Assembly: GCF_963921235.1 (NCBI RefSeq)
Contig: NC_086104.1
Location: 157,790,001-157,854,000 of the forward strand
DNA: 64,000 nucleotides
Reading direction: 5' to 3'
Origin: Mobula hypostoma
Taxonomy: Eukaryota
Both the position numbers and the translations under genes were made by a program. The notes below the pieces were generated by a model. That model ran no database searches. It had not been told where the DNA came from and saw only the letters and a list, made by a program, of their open reading frames with translations. This document shows positions 36,045-47,529 of this stretch, piece after piece (positions within the stretch are counted from its first letter, which is position 1; each line of letters opens with the position of its first letter).

Positions 36045-39000
36045 ACTAGCAGTTTTGGGTGTATTTCTGACTTCCAGGAGTAACAAATCTGACTGTTATC
36101 CTTGATTCAGATTTGAATTTTAAATCTCAGATAAAGAAAGCGACCAGACAGCTTTTCTATACTTAACCAATATTGCAAAGATACAACATGTCCATTTCTG
36201 TCACATAATAGAAACATAGAAACATAGAAAATAGGTGCAGGAGTAGGCCATTCGGCCCTTCGAGCCTGCACCGCGATTTATTATGATCATGGCTGATCAT
36301 TCAACTCAGAACCCCGCCCCAGCCTTCCCTCCATACCCCCTGACCCCCATAGCCACAAGGGCCATATCTAACTCCCTCTTAAATATAGCCAATGAACTGG
36401 CCTCAACAGCTTCCTGTGGCAGAGAATTCCACAGATTCACCACTCTCTGTGTGAAGAAGTTTTTCCTAATCTCGGTCCTAAAAGGCTTCCCCTCTATCCT
36501 CAAACTGTGGCCCCTCGTTCTGGACTTCCCCAACATCGGGAACAATCTTCCTGCATCTAGCCTGTCCAATCCCTTTAGGATTTTATACGTTTCAATCAGA
36601 TCCTCCCTCCATCTTTTAAATTCCAACGAGTACAAGCCCAGTTCAACCAGTCTTTCTTCATATGAAAGTCCTGCCATCCCAGGAATCAATCTGGTGAACC
36701 TTCTTTGTACTCCCTCTATGGCAAGGATGTCTTTCCTCAGATTAGGGGACCAAAACTGCACACAATACTCCAGGTGTGGTCTCACCAAGGCCTTGTACAA
36801 CTGCAGTAGTACCTCCCTGCTCCTGTACTCGAATCCTCTCGCTATAAATGCCAGCACACCATTCGCCTTTTTCACCGCCTGCTGTACCTGCATGCCCACT
36901 TTCAATGACTGGTGTATAATGACACCCAGGTCTCGTTGCACCTCCCCTTTTCCTAATCGGCCACCATTCAGATAATAATCTGTTTTCCTATTTTTGCCAC
37001 CAAAGTGGATAACTTCACATTTATCCACATTAAATTGCATCTGCCATGAATTTGCCCACTCACCCAACCTATCCAAGTCACCCTGCATCCTCTTAGCATC
37101 CTCCTCACTGCTAACACTGCCACCCAGCTTCGTGCCATCTGCAAACTTGGAGATGCTGCATTTAATTCCCTCATCCAAGTCATTAATATATATTGTAAAC
37201 AACTGGGGTCCCAGCACTGAGCCTTACGGTACCCCACTAGTCACCACCTGCCATTCTGAAAAGGTCCCGTTTATTCCCACTCTTTGCTTCCTGTCTGCTA
37301 ACCAATTCTCCACCCACACCAATATCTTACCCCCAATACCGTGTGCTTTAAGTTTGCACACTAATCTCCTGTGTGGGACCTTGTCAAAAGCCTTTTGAAA
37401 ATCCAAATATACCACATCCACTGGTTCTCCCCTATCCACTCTACTAGTTACATCCTCAAAAGATTCTATGAGATTCGTCAGACATGATTTTCCTTTCACA
37501 AATCCATGCTGACTTTGTCCGATCATTTCACCGCTTTCCAAATGTGCTGTTATCACATCCTTGATAACTGACTCCAGCAGTTTCCCCACCACCGACGTTA
37601 GGCTAACCGGTCTATAATTCCCCGGTTTCTCTCTCCCTCGTTTTTTAAAAAGTGGGGTTACATTAGCCACCCTCCAATCCTCAGGAACTAGTCCAGAATC
37701 TAACGAGTTTTGAAAAATTATCACTAATGCATCCACTATTTCTTGGGCTACTTCCTTAAGCACTCTAGAATGCAGGCCATCTGGCCCTGGGGATTTATCT
37801 GCCTTCAATCCCTTCAATTTACCTAACACCACTTCCCTACTAACATGTATTTCACTCAGTTCCTCCATCTCACTGGACCCTCTGTCCCTTACTATTTCTG
37901 GAAGATTATTTATGTCCTCCTTAGTGAAGACAGAACCAAAGTAATTATTCAATTGGTCTGCCATGTCCTTGCTCCCCATAATCAATTCACCTGTTTCTGT
38001 CTGCAGGGGACCTACATTTGTCTTTACCAGTCTTTTCCTTTTTACATATCTATAAAAGCTTTTACAGTCCGTTTTTATGTTCCCTGCCAGTTTTCTCTCA
38101 TAATCTTTTTTCCCCTTCCTAATTAAGCCCTTTGTCCTCCTCTGCTGAACTCTGAATTTCTCCCAGTCCTCAGGTGAGCCACTTTCTCTGGCTAATTTGT
38201 ATGCTTCTTCTTTGGAATTGATACTATCCCTAATTTCTCTTGTCAGCCACAGGTGCACTTACTTCCTTGATTTATTCTTTTGCCAAACTGGGATGAACAA
38301 TTGTTGTAGTTCATCCATGCAACCTTTAAATGCTTGCCATTGCATATCCACCGTCAATCCTTTAAGTGTCATTTGTCAGTCTATCTTAGCTAATTCACGT
38401 CTCATACCTTCAAAGTTACCCCTCTTTAAGTTCAGAAGCTTTGTTTCTGAATTAACTATGTCACTCTCCATCTTAATGAAGAATTCCACCATATTATGGT
38501 CACTCTTACCCAAGGGGCCTCTCACGACAAGATCGCTAATTAACCCTTCCTCATTGCTCAAAACCCAGTCCAGAATAGCCTGCTCTCTAGTTGGTTCCTC
38601 GACATGTTGGTTCAAAAAACCATCCCGCATACATTCCAAGAAATCCTCTTCCTCAGCACCTTTACCAATTTGGTTCACCCAGTCTACATGTAGATTGAAG
38701 TCACCCATTATAACTGCTGTTCCTTTATTGCACACATTTCTAATTTCCTGTTTAATACCATCTCCGACCTCACTACTACTGTTAGGTGGCCTGTACACAA
38801 CTCCCACCAGCGTCTTCTGCCCCTTAGTGTTACGCAGCTCTACCCATATCGATTCCACGTCTTCCCAGCTTATGTCCTTCCTTTCTATTGCGTTAATCTC
38901 TTCTTTAACCAGCAACGCCACCCCACCTCCCCTTCCTTCATGTCTATCCCTCCTGAATATTGAATATCCCTGAACGTTGAGCTCCCATCCCTGGTCACCC

Positions 39001-39195
39001 TGGAGCCATGTCTCTGTGATCCCAACTATATCATAATCATTAATAACAATCTGCACTTTCAATTCATCCACCTTTTACGAATGCTCCTCGCATTGACACA
39101 CAAATATGATATAATATGACACACATAATGATGCTGAAACACTAATTCACCTCTTCATATCAAATAGACTAGATTACTGCAATGTACTTTTTAAT
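36045..39195 (+). mobile_element. Old L2 fragment (36045-36209 and 39122-39195) split by the CR1 below
   Basis: ..VILDSDLNFKSQIKKA..AF..L.NIAK continues as DAETLIHLFISNRLDYCN after the CR1. Confidence 0.65.
36210..39100 (-). mobile_element. Young CR1 LINE: near-complete ORF2 (APE + RT) and 3' UTR
   Basis: ORFs 38376-39071 (APE: GITETWL, VIMGDFN, SDH), 37224-38258 and 36306-37217 share one frame and are separated only by in-frame stops; (catagaaa)n tail. Confidence 0.97.
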
Positions 39196-39615
39196 TGGTC
39201 CTGGGATCCATGGTCTAAGGCATAAAAAAAGGTTGGGAACCCCTGTACTAGAGTATACCCAAGTGCTTGGAGTTGAACATGAACTTCTCATTCCTAAGGC
39301 TCAGAAGGTAATTAAGCTACTGTTGCACAATGCATTGGGTGGCATAACTAGCCAAAGCCTTTCTGGAGTACAGGAAAAAGGGGAAGAAGGTGATTATGCT
39401 AATGAATCTGATCTGGAAACTAACGGAAAGGACTTGGGTTACAAATTGCATGAGTGCTTGCTTGGAATTGCTTGGATTAGATAATGTATTTAATGCTAGT
39501 CTGTCAAAATAAATTTAATTTACCTAGGTGTATCTAACCGTAATGTTTTATAGGATTATTTGTATGTATGTAAATATATATACTGTATGTATGCATGTAT
39601 ATCTTCTCTGTGGAT

Positions 39616-40010
39616 TGTCACCTTGTTGTGGTGGAGAGGCTTGTGTGGTCCTGTGATCCCGAGAGCGATGCCGTCTGGAGCTATGCTCCTGCTAGGGTCA
39701 CCCGTGGCGGTAAGGTTGAGGGTGAGGTCTCTGACAAAGAACAATCCAACCAAGACCTCAACGGTGGAACAGGCAGACGAAGTTACTTCGAACCCAATGG
39801 CTGTGAAGGCGGATGAAGGCTGCAACAAATCCATCAGCTCCAATCGTCGTGGTTTCCATGCCATTGGAACCAGTTGGTTGATTTGTGAAGTATCGTGTGC
39901 TTCTTGGAGTGCAACATCAAGTACACGTTAAACAAATACACGCACAGGCGACTTCGCTCTGTACGGAATGAAGACCATCATCTTCATCCTCGAGGGATAG
40001 CCACAACAAT
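39616..40010 (+). mobile_element. Bipartite RTE-derived non-autonomous element (RTE 5' UTR plus RTE-like 3' end)
   Basis: 5' tcaccttgttgtggtggagaggcttgtgtg...agggtcacccgtggcgg...ctgacaaag resembles Expander/BovB 5' UTRs from memory; 3' ...catcctcgagggatagccacaacaat. Confidence 0.55.
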
Positions 40011-40639
40011 GTGTATATACAATTTATTTTTTTGCTTTACAAGGGCTAAAAAGTGACTTTGGGAAAGAAAATAAGTGAAAAAAGGAAATGTTCCAAAGAT
40101 CATTCTAAAATCTGACTTTTCTATATGTCTTAGGATAGATTCTCTTCTTTCCTATTCATGCTGCATCATGTGACGGCAATGTAATGCACTTTTGTGGCTT
40201 CAGTTCAATTATCAGTACACACCTCACTTTCTTGTGCTAAAAAGCATTCCACTTTTACCACCATTGCAAGCTGACAGCAGATGTTTTCCCAGTTTAAAAT
40301 GATGCTATTCTTTTCTATGTTTTACCTGTTTCAGTGCAATATTTATACCTAAAGTAAAGCAACTTTTATCCTTTTATGAACAATTTAATATTTTAAGTGT
40401 CAGAGACTAAAAATGTTGAGAATTGTTGATAGCTTTCACAGAAGAAAAAGCTCTGCATCCCGGTTTATTTTCTATCAGAGCCCATCTACAGCAATCTAGG
40501 GCTGGGTATCATTGAGATCTCACTTTCTAAAAGAGATACAAAAGACACATCTAGATGGAGGGCCATTTCAGCCCATTCAGCCTCACGTAACAAGGTAAAG
40601 TATTCCGAGCACCATGATTTATTACTGCATCACAGAATA

Positions 40640-41410
40640 TAGATGGGGTTGTAAAGTGCACTTTTGGCACACTGGCCTTCATAAATCAATCTATTGAGTA
40701 CAGGACGCAAACACGAAGAAATCTGCAGATGCTGCAAATTCAAGCAACATACATAAAAAATACTGGTGAACACAGCAGGCCAGGCAGCATCTATAGGAAG
40801 AGGTACCGTCGACGTTTCCGGAAGGGCTTTGGCCCAAAACGTCGACTGTACCTCTTCCTATAGATGCTGCCTGGCCTGTTGTGTTCCACCAGCATTTTTG
40901 TGTGTGTTTATTGAGTACAGGAGTTGGGATGTTATGTTGAATTGTATAAGATGTTAGTGAGACCACATTTGGAGTATTATGTGCAGTTCTGGACATGTAC
41001 CTACAGGAAACATATCAATAAAATTGAAAGTGTACAGAGAAAATTTACAAGCTCTTGAGGGCCTGAGATACAAGGTTGAATAGGATAGGACTTTATTCTC
41101 TAGGGCATAAGAAAATGAAAGGAGATTTAATAAGGTACTCAAAATTATGAGGGCTAGGGTAAATGTAAGCAGACATTTTCCACTGAGTTTGGATGAGACT
41201 AGAACTAGAGGTCATGGGTTAAGACTGAAAGGTGAAATGTTTAAGGAAATATGAGGGGGAACCTCTTTAGTCAGAGGGTGCTGCGAATGTAGAATGAGTT
41301 GTCAGTGGAAGTGATGAATGCAATTTCTACATTAATTTCAACATTTAAGAGCAGTTTGGATAGGTACATGGATAGGAGGGGTATGCAGGGCTATGGTGCG
41401 GATGAAGGTT
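40640..41410 (+). mobile_element. CR1 3' fragment hosting a fold-back PLE mini-element
   Basis: GTLAFINQSIEYRSWDVMLNCIRC...PHLEYYVQFW continuity across 40706-40908. Confidence 0.85.
40706..40908. mobile_element. Fold-back Penelope pLTR mini-element with 14-bp TSD
   Basis: Inverted arms ~40755-40818 and ~40836-40905; tattgagtacagga at 40692-40705 and 40909-40922. Confidence 0.9.
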
Positions 41411-41618
41411 GATGGGATCCATCTGGGTAGAGATTAGTAGTAGAGGGGAAAAAAAGTCACTGGTGGGAGTAATAACAACGTTACAGTGGCACAGGCAATA
41501 AACAGAGAAATATCTGAGGCATACAACAGGAATTCTGCAGATGCTGGAAATTCAAGCAACACACATCAAAGTTGCTGGTGAACACAGCAGGCCAGGCAGC
41601 ATCTCTAGGAAGAGGTAC

Positions 41619-41654
41619 AGTCGACGTTTCAGGCCGAGACCCTTCATCAGGACT
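41619..41654 (-). ncRNA. Minimal type I hammerhead motif (intact) in the inverted pLTR
   Basis: Minus strand AGUC CUGAUGA AGG GUCUCGG CCU GAAA CGUC GACU; same orientation as the polb pre-mRNA. Confidence 0.75.
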
Positions 41655-42529
41655 AACTGAAGGAAGAGTTAGTAAGAGATTTGAAAGATTAGAAGACTGG
41701 GGTGATATACTGCATCCGGTGCTCCTGATATAGTCCTTCCAGGTGAGGCGACACTTCACCTGTGAGTCGGCTGGGGTGATATACTGCGTCCGGTGCTCCC
41801 GATGTCTCCCTCCTGGCACTTATCCTTGTAAGCAGAACAAGTGCTACACATGCCCTTACACTTCCTCCCTTACCACCATTCAGGGCCCCAGACAGTCCTT
41901 CCAGGTGAAGCGACACTTCAGCTGTGAGTCGGCTGGGGTGATATACTGCGTCCGGTGCTCCCGATGTGGCCTTCTATATATTGGTGAGACCCGACGCAGA
42001 CTGGGAGACCGCTTTGCTGAACATCTACGCTCTGTCCGCCAGAGAAAGCAGGATCTCCTAGTGGCCACACATTTTAATTCCACATCCCATTCCCATTCTG
42101 ACATGTCTATCCACGGCCTCCTCTACTGTAAAGATGAAGCCACACTCAGGTTGGAGGAACAACACCTTATATTCCGTCTGGGTAGCCTCCAACCTGATGG
42201 CATGAACATTGACTTCTGTAACTTCACCTAACGCCCCACCTCCCCCTCGTACCCCATCCGTTACTTATTTTTATACACACATTCTTTCTCTCACTCTCCT
42301 TTTTCTCCCTCTGTCCCTCTGACTATACCCCTTGCCCATCCTCTGGATTTCCCCCCCTCCCCCTTTTCCTTCTCCCTGGGCCTCCTGTCCCACAATCCTC
42401 TCATATCCCCTTTGCCAATCAACTGTCCAGCTCTTGGCTCCATCCCTCCCCCTCCTGTCTTCTCTTATCATTTTGGATCTCCTCCTTGCCCTCCCACTTT
42501 CAAATCTCTTACTAACTCTTCCTTCAGTT

Positions 42530-42565
42530 AGTCCTGACGAAGGGTCTCGGCCTGAAATGTCGACT
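42530..42565 (+). ncRNA. Minimal type I hammerhead motif (ACGU changed to AUGU)
   Basis: AGUC CUGACGA AGG GUCUCGG CCU GAAA UGUC GACU. Confidence 0.65.
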
Positions 42566-45549
42566 GTACCTCTTCCTAGAGATGCTGCCTGGCCTGCTGC
42601 GTTCACCAGCAACTTTAATATCTGAGGCATGTAAGAATGGAACAGCAGTAATCATGGGGACTTTAACTTGCACATAGATTGGGTGAATCAAGTTGGTTGA
42701 AGCAGTCTTGAGGAGGACTTCGTAGAATACATCCATGATGGCTTTCTTGAACAGCCTGTAACCAAACCTACAAGGGAACGTGCTACCTTGGATCTGGTCC
42801 TGTGCAATGAGACAGGTAAAATTAGTAATCCTGTAGTTAGGGATCCTCTTGGAAAGAATGATCACAGTATGACTGAGTTTCTTAAACAATTGGAGGGTGC
42901 AATAGTTCAATCTAAAACCAGTGTATTATGCCTAAACAAGAGGGAGTACAAGAGGATGAGGGAGGAGTTGGATAGGATAGACTGGGAACACAGGCTATAT
43001 GGTGGGACAGTTGAGGAACAATGGAAGACTTTCAAAGAGATTTTTCATGGTGCTCAACAGAAGTACATTCCAGTTAAAAACAAGGACAGCAAGGGCGGGG
43101 AGAGCCAGCCATGAATAACTAAGGAAATAAAAGAAGCCATCAAGCTCGTGCATACAAAGTCGCCAAGAGTAGTGGGAAACTGGAAGACTGGGAAAACTTT
43201 AAAAAGCAACAAAGAACCACTAAGAGAACAATATAGAAAGGGATGTTAGAATATGAAAATAAACTAGCACAAAATATAAAAACAGATAGTAGAAGTTTTT
43301 ATAATTGTATAAAGCAGAAAAAGGTGGTTAAAGTGAATGTAGGTCCCTTGGAGGACAAGGGGGGATTGATATTGCATAATGAGGAAATGACCACGGCCTT
43401 GAATGACTATTTTGTATCGGTCTTCACAGTGGAGAACACGTTTAACATGCTGAAGAAAGATGATATGGATACAATGGCAAGTGAGGACCTCGATACAATA
43501 GCTATCACTAAAGAGGTAGTGCTGAGCAAACTTGTCGACCTGAAGATAGCTAAGTCCCCTGGTCCTGATGGAATGCATCCCAGGGTGCTGAAAGAAATGG
43601 TAGAGGCTATAGTAGAGACTTTGGTGATAATTTACCAAAATTCTCTGAACTCTGGGCAGATCCCCACTGATTGGAAGAAGGCGAATGCCACGCAACTGTT
43701 CAAAAAAAAGATGTAGGCAAAAGGCAGGTAACTATAGGCCAGTTAGTTTAACATCTGTAGTTGGGAAAATGCTTGAAGCTATCATGAAAGAAGAAATAGC
43801 GAGGCATTTGGAAAGAAATCAATCCATCAGGCAGACGCAGTATGGATTCAGCAAAGGCAGGTCCTGTTTGACAAACTTACTGGAGTTCTTTGAGGATATA
43901 ACAAGCGCAGTGGATAGAGGGGAACAGATAGATGTTAGTTACTTGGATTTCTAGAAGGCGTTCGATACGGTGCCACATAAAAGACTTATCCACAAGATAA
44001 AGATGCATAGAGTTGAGGGTGATGTACTAGTGTACATAGATGAGTGGTTAACCAATAGAGTATGATTTTTTTTCTTTTTTCTCACTTTTTCTTGCTCAGT
44101 TGGGGTTTTTTTCTTCTCTTCTTTTTCGTCACCAAAAATTTTTTAAATCTTTATAATAATGCTTTTTTTCTTGAGACATTGTAAGTGTTGTTTACTTCAA
44201 TGTACTCTTATAAATTTTGGATAATAATAATAAAAAGATTTGAAAAGAAAGTAGAGAGTTTTGATACACGGATGTCATTCTGGTTGACAATCAGTGGTGA
44301 GCAGTGTTCTTTGACTCCATTATTAACTTATATACTTAAAAGCTTTCATTGATTTTGAAAATTTTAGCCAGCAAGTTAAAATCTTGAAATGGCTCATGAA
44401 ATCAAAATTTCCTTCTGTTCCAAGAGTTCAAAATGAAGTTGGTTTGGGCAGCTGCAATTCCACTTGTACAAGAGGAAATCAATTAATGTCTGGAACCTTT
44501 GTCTTAAAGTACTGATATAAACATATTAGTACACTGTAGGATTAACATTAACAAGCATTACTGCCAAACTATTTGTGCAAGATATTTCATCAGCCCTATA
44601 AATTACAGCAGCAAGTAATAAACTTCCACTGCCAAAAAGAGCAACTGAGTTTAAAGTTATAATTAAATCAATTATCAACTCGAAATGAGACTGTAGACAA
44701 TTAGGTTGAAACTTCATGCTTCCTACAATGCCAACCATTATCAGGCTCTGGAGAGACCATATCCTGCATTTTCCTGTTTTTACATCCCTTCTTATGTAGC
44801 ACTCAAATCTCACTTCTTCATCTCATCCGACAGACAGACATACATACCTACAAAGTTGTCAGCTGCTTACATGGCAAGCAGGTTTAAATAGCACACTCAC
44901 AAATTGGCTTATTTTGTTTTGAACGATCCTGCCCATCCATCAGTCCTTGTAATTCTTGAGGCTAAGTGAGAGACACCAACCCCTCCAACCAGGCCTGTAA
45001 TGCTCAGTGCCACAAAAGCTCCCCGGGAAGTCAATTACAATAGTACTGAGCCTTTCTCAGCATAAGCAGGTCAAACTTAGTTGATCTGAACTGCCTGGGA
45101 ACTATTTTAGAATAAATCAGTAAAAATGTGTATTACAAATTGCTCAATAATATTGATACACTAAGGATTCAGGGTTTTCTCATCAAAGTAAGTATTTATC
45201 TTGGGTGGGTGGGAGGAACAGGGTTTGTTTTGCTGGGTTTTTTTCTATAGCTTGCTGTGTTCTGTGTTGTTCTACCAAGCATTGCAGGCATGCTATGTTG
45301 GCACTGGAATGTGTGGCGACACTTGCCCCCAGCACAGCCTCTGGAGTGTTGGTTGTTAACACAAATGATGCATTTTACTGTATGTTTTTATGTATATACA
45401 ATACAAAGTAAAAAGTGCAAAGTAAATTTTATTAGTCAAGTACATATATGACACCATACACAACCCTGAGATTCCTTTTCCTGTGGGCATACTCAGCAAA
45501 TAGTAACATAAATATAAGTAAATAGCAATAAATAACAAGAACATGAGTC

Positions 45550-47525
45550 CGGCCCTGTGGCTCAGAAGGGTAGGGAAAGGAAGAAGGCAGCAGTATTAGG
45601 GGACTCTATAGTTAGGGGGTCAGACAGGCGATTCTGTGGACGCAGGAAAGAAACATCGATGGTAGTTTACCTCCCAGGTGCCGTTGTCCAGGATATTTCT
45701 GATTGCGTCCATGATATCCTGAAGTAGGAAGGTGAACAACCAGATGTCGTGGTACATATTGGTACCAACAACATAGGTAGGAAAAGGGAGGAGGACCTGA
45801 AAACAGACTACAAAGGGTTAAGAAGGAAGTTGAGGAGCAGGACCTCAAAAGTAGTAATCTCGAGATTACTGCCTGTGCCACACGACAATGAGTATAGGAA
45901 TAGACTGAGGAGGAGAATAAATGTTTGGCTGAGGGATTGGAGCAGGGGCCAGGGATTCAGATTTCTGGGTCATTGGGACCTCTTTTGGGGCAGGTGTGAC
46001 CTGTACCAAAAGGACAGGTTGCACTTGAATCCAAGGGGGACCAGTATCCTGGCAGGATGGTTTGCTAAGGCTATTGGGGAGAGTTTAAACTAGAATTGCT
46101 GGAGGGGTGGGAACCAAACTGAAGAGATGGAGAAAGGGGCTGTTGGCTGACAAATAGAGAAAGCTTGGAGACAGTGCGAATGGGAGGATAGGCAGGTGAT
46201 AGAGAAGGGATCTGCTCAGACCGATGGTTTGAGATGTGCCTATTTTAATGCAAGAAGCATCATGAACAAAGCAGATGAGCTTAAAGCGTGGATCAGTACT
46301 TGGAGCTATGATGTTGTGGCCATTACAGAGACTTGGATGGCTCAGGGGCAGGAATGGTTATTAGTGCCAGGCTTTAGATGTTTCAGAAAGGACAGGGACG
46401 GAGGCAAAAGAGGTGGGGGCGTGGCACTGCTGATCAGAGATAGTGTCACGGCTGCAGAAAAGGAGGACGTCATGGAAGTCACTGAGTCTCTGTGGGTGGA
46501 AGTTAGAAACAAGAAGGGGTTAATAACTCTACCGGGTGTTTTTTTTTATATAGACCACCCAGTAGTAACAGGGACATCGAGGAGCAGATAGGGAGACAGA
46601 TTCTGGAAAGGTGTAATAATAAAAGGGTTGACGTGGTGGGAGATTTTCATTTCCCAGATACCGATTGCATCTCCCTAGAGCAAGGGGTTTAGATGGGGTG
46701 GAGTTTGTTAGGTGTGTTCAGGAAGGTTTCCTGACACAATATGTAGATAAGCCTACAAGAGGAGAGGCTGTACTTGATCTGGTATTGGGAAACGAACCTG
46801 GTCAGGTGTCAGGTCTCTCAGCGGGAGAGCAATTTGGAGATAGTGATCATAATTCTATCTCCTTTACCATAGCATTGGAGAGGGATAGGAACAGACAAGT
46901 TAAGAAAGTGGTTAAATAGAGTGAGGGCAAATATGAAGCTATCAGACAGGAACTTGGAAGCATAAATTGGGAACAGATGTTCTCAGGGAAATCTAAAGCA
47001 GAAATGTGGCAAATGTTCAGGGGATATTTGCGCGGCGTTCTGCATAGGTACTTTCCAATGAGACAGGGAAAGGATGGTAGAGTATACGATCAATGGTGTA
47101 CAAAGGCTGTTGAAAACCTTGTCAAGAAGAAAAGCTTATGAAAAGTTCAAAAACTAGGTAATGATATAGAAGAATATAAGGCTAGCAGGGAGGAACTTAA
47201 GAATGAAATTAGGAGAGCCAGAAGGGACCATGAGAAGGCCTTGGCGAGCAGGATTAAGGGAAACCACAAGGCATTCTACAAGTATGTGAAGAGCAAGAGG
47301 ATAAGACGTGAGAGAATAGGACCAATCAAATGCGACAGTGGAAAAGTATGTACGGAACTGGAGGAGATAGCAGAGGTACTTAATGAGTATTTTGCTTCAG
47401 TATTCACTACGGAAAAGGATCTTGGCGATTGTAGGAATGTCTTACAGCGGATTGAAAAGCTTGAGCATATCGACATTAAGATGTCTATACCTTAATGTGC
47501 TGGAGCTTTTGGAAAGCATCAAGCA
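45550..47525 (+). mobile_element. CR1 remnant with ORF1 SGNH/GDSL esterase and ORF2 APE
   Basis: LGDSIVRG.DRRFCG motif near 45595; ORF 45749-46093 VHIGTNNIG...VVISRLLP; ORF 46196-46591 YFNARSIMNKADEL...AITETW. Confidence 0.9.
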
Positions 47526-47529
47526 GGAA

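Larger units (their letters stand above)
41523..42616 (+). mobile_element. Penelope-like element fragment: inverted 5' pLTR, GIY-YIG endonuclease, 3' pLTR; 14-bp TSD
   Basis: ORF 41743-42231 VIYCVRCSRCGLLYIGETRRRLGDRFAEH...HFNS...EQHLIFRLGSLQPDGMN is a PLE GIY-YIG; aatatctgaggcat at 41509-41522 and 42617-42630. Confidence 0.95.
41420..44330 (+). mobile_element. CR1 ORF2 remnant interrupted by a PLE (41523-42616) and an L1 3' end (44061-44251)
   Basis: APE ..KKSLVGV..INREISEA|CKNGTAVIMGDFNLHIDW; ORFs 42788-43114, 43243-43716 and 43685-43954. L1 insert is flanked by tagag/tagag. Confidence 0.9.

Noticed and set aside
36283-38973. Plus-strand ORFs 36283-36975, 36994-37398, 37845-38126 and 38197-38973
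   Set aside because: Antisense shadows of CR1 ORF2; the same applies to similar ORFs opposite other CR1 and Rex copies.
39270-39300. Candidate polb exon 11 end (GAG AAG TTC ATG on the minus strand)
   Set aside because: No GT donor follows and the upstream residues do not match TDTLSKG.
41743-42231. Domesticated GIY-YIG host gene
   Set aside because: The ORF is a truncated, internally duplicated PLE fragment bounded by a TSD, with no promoter or splice evidence.
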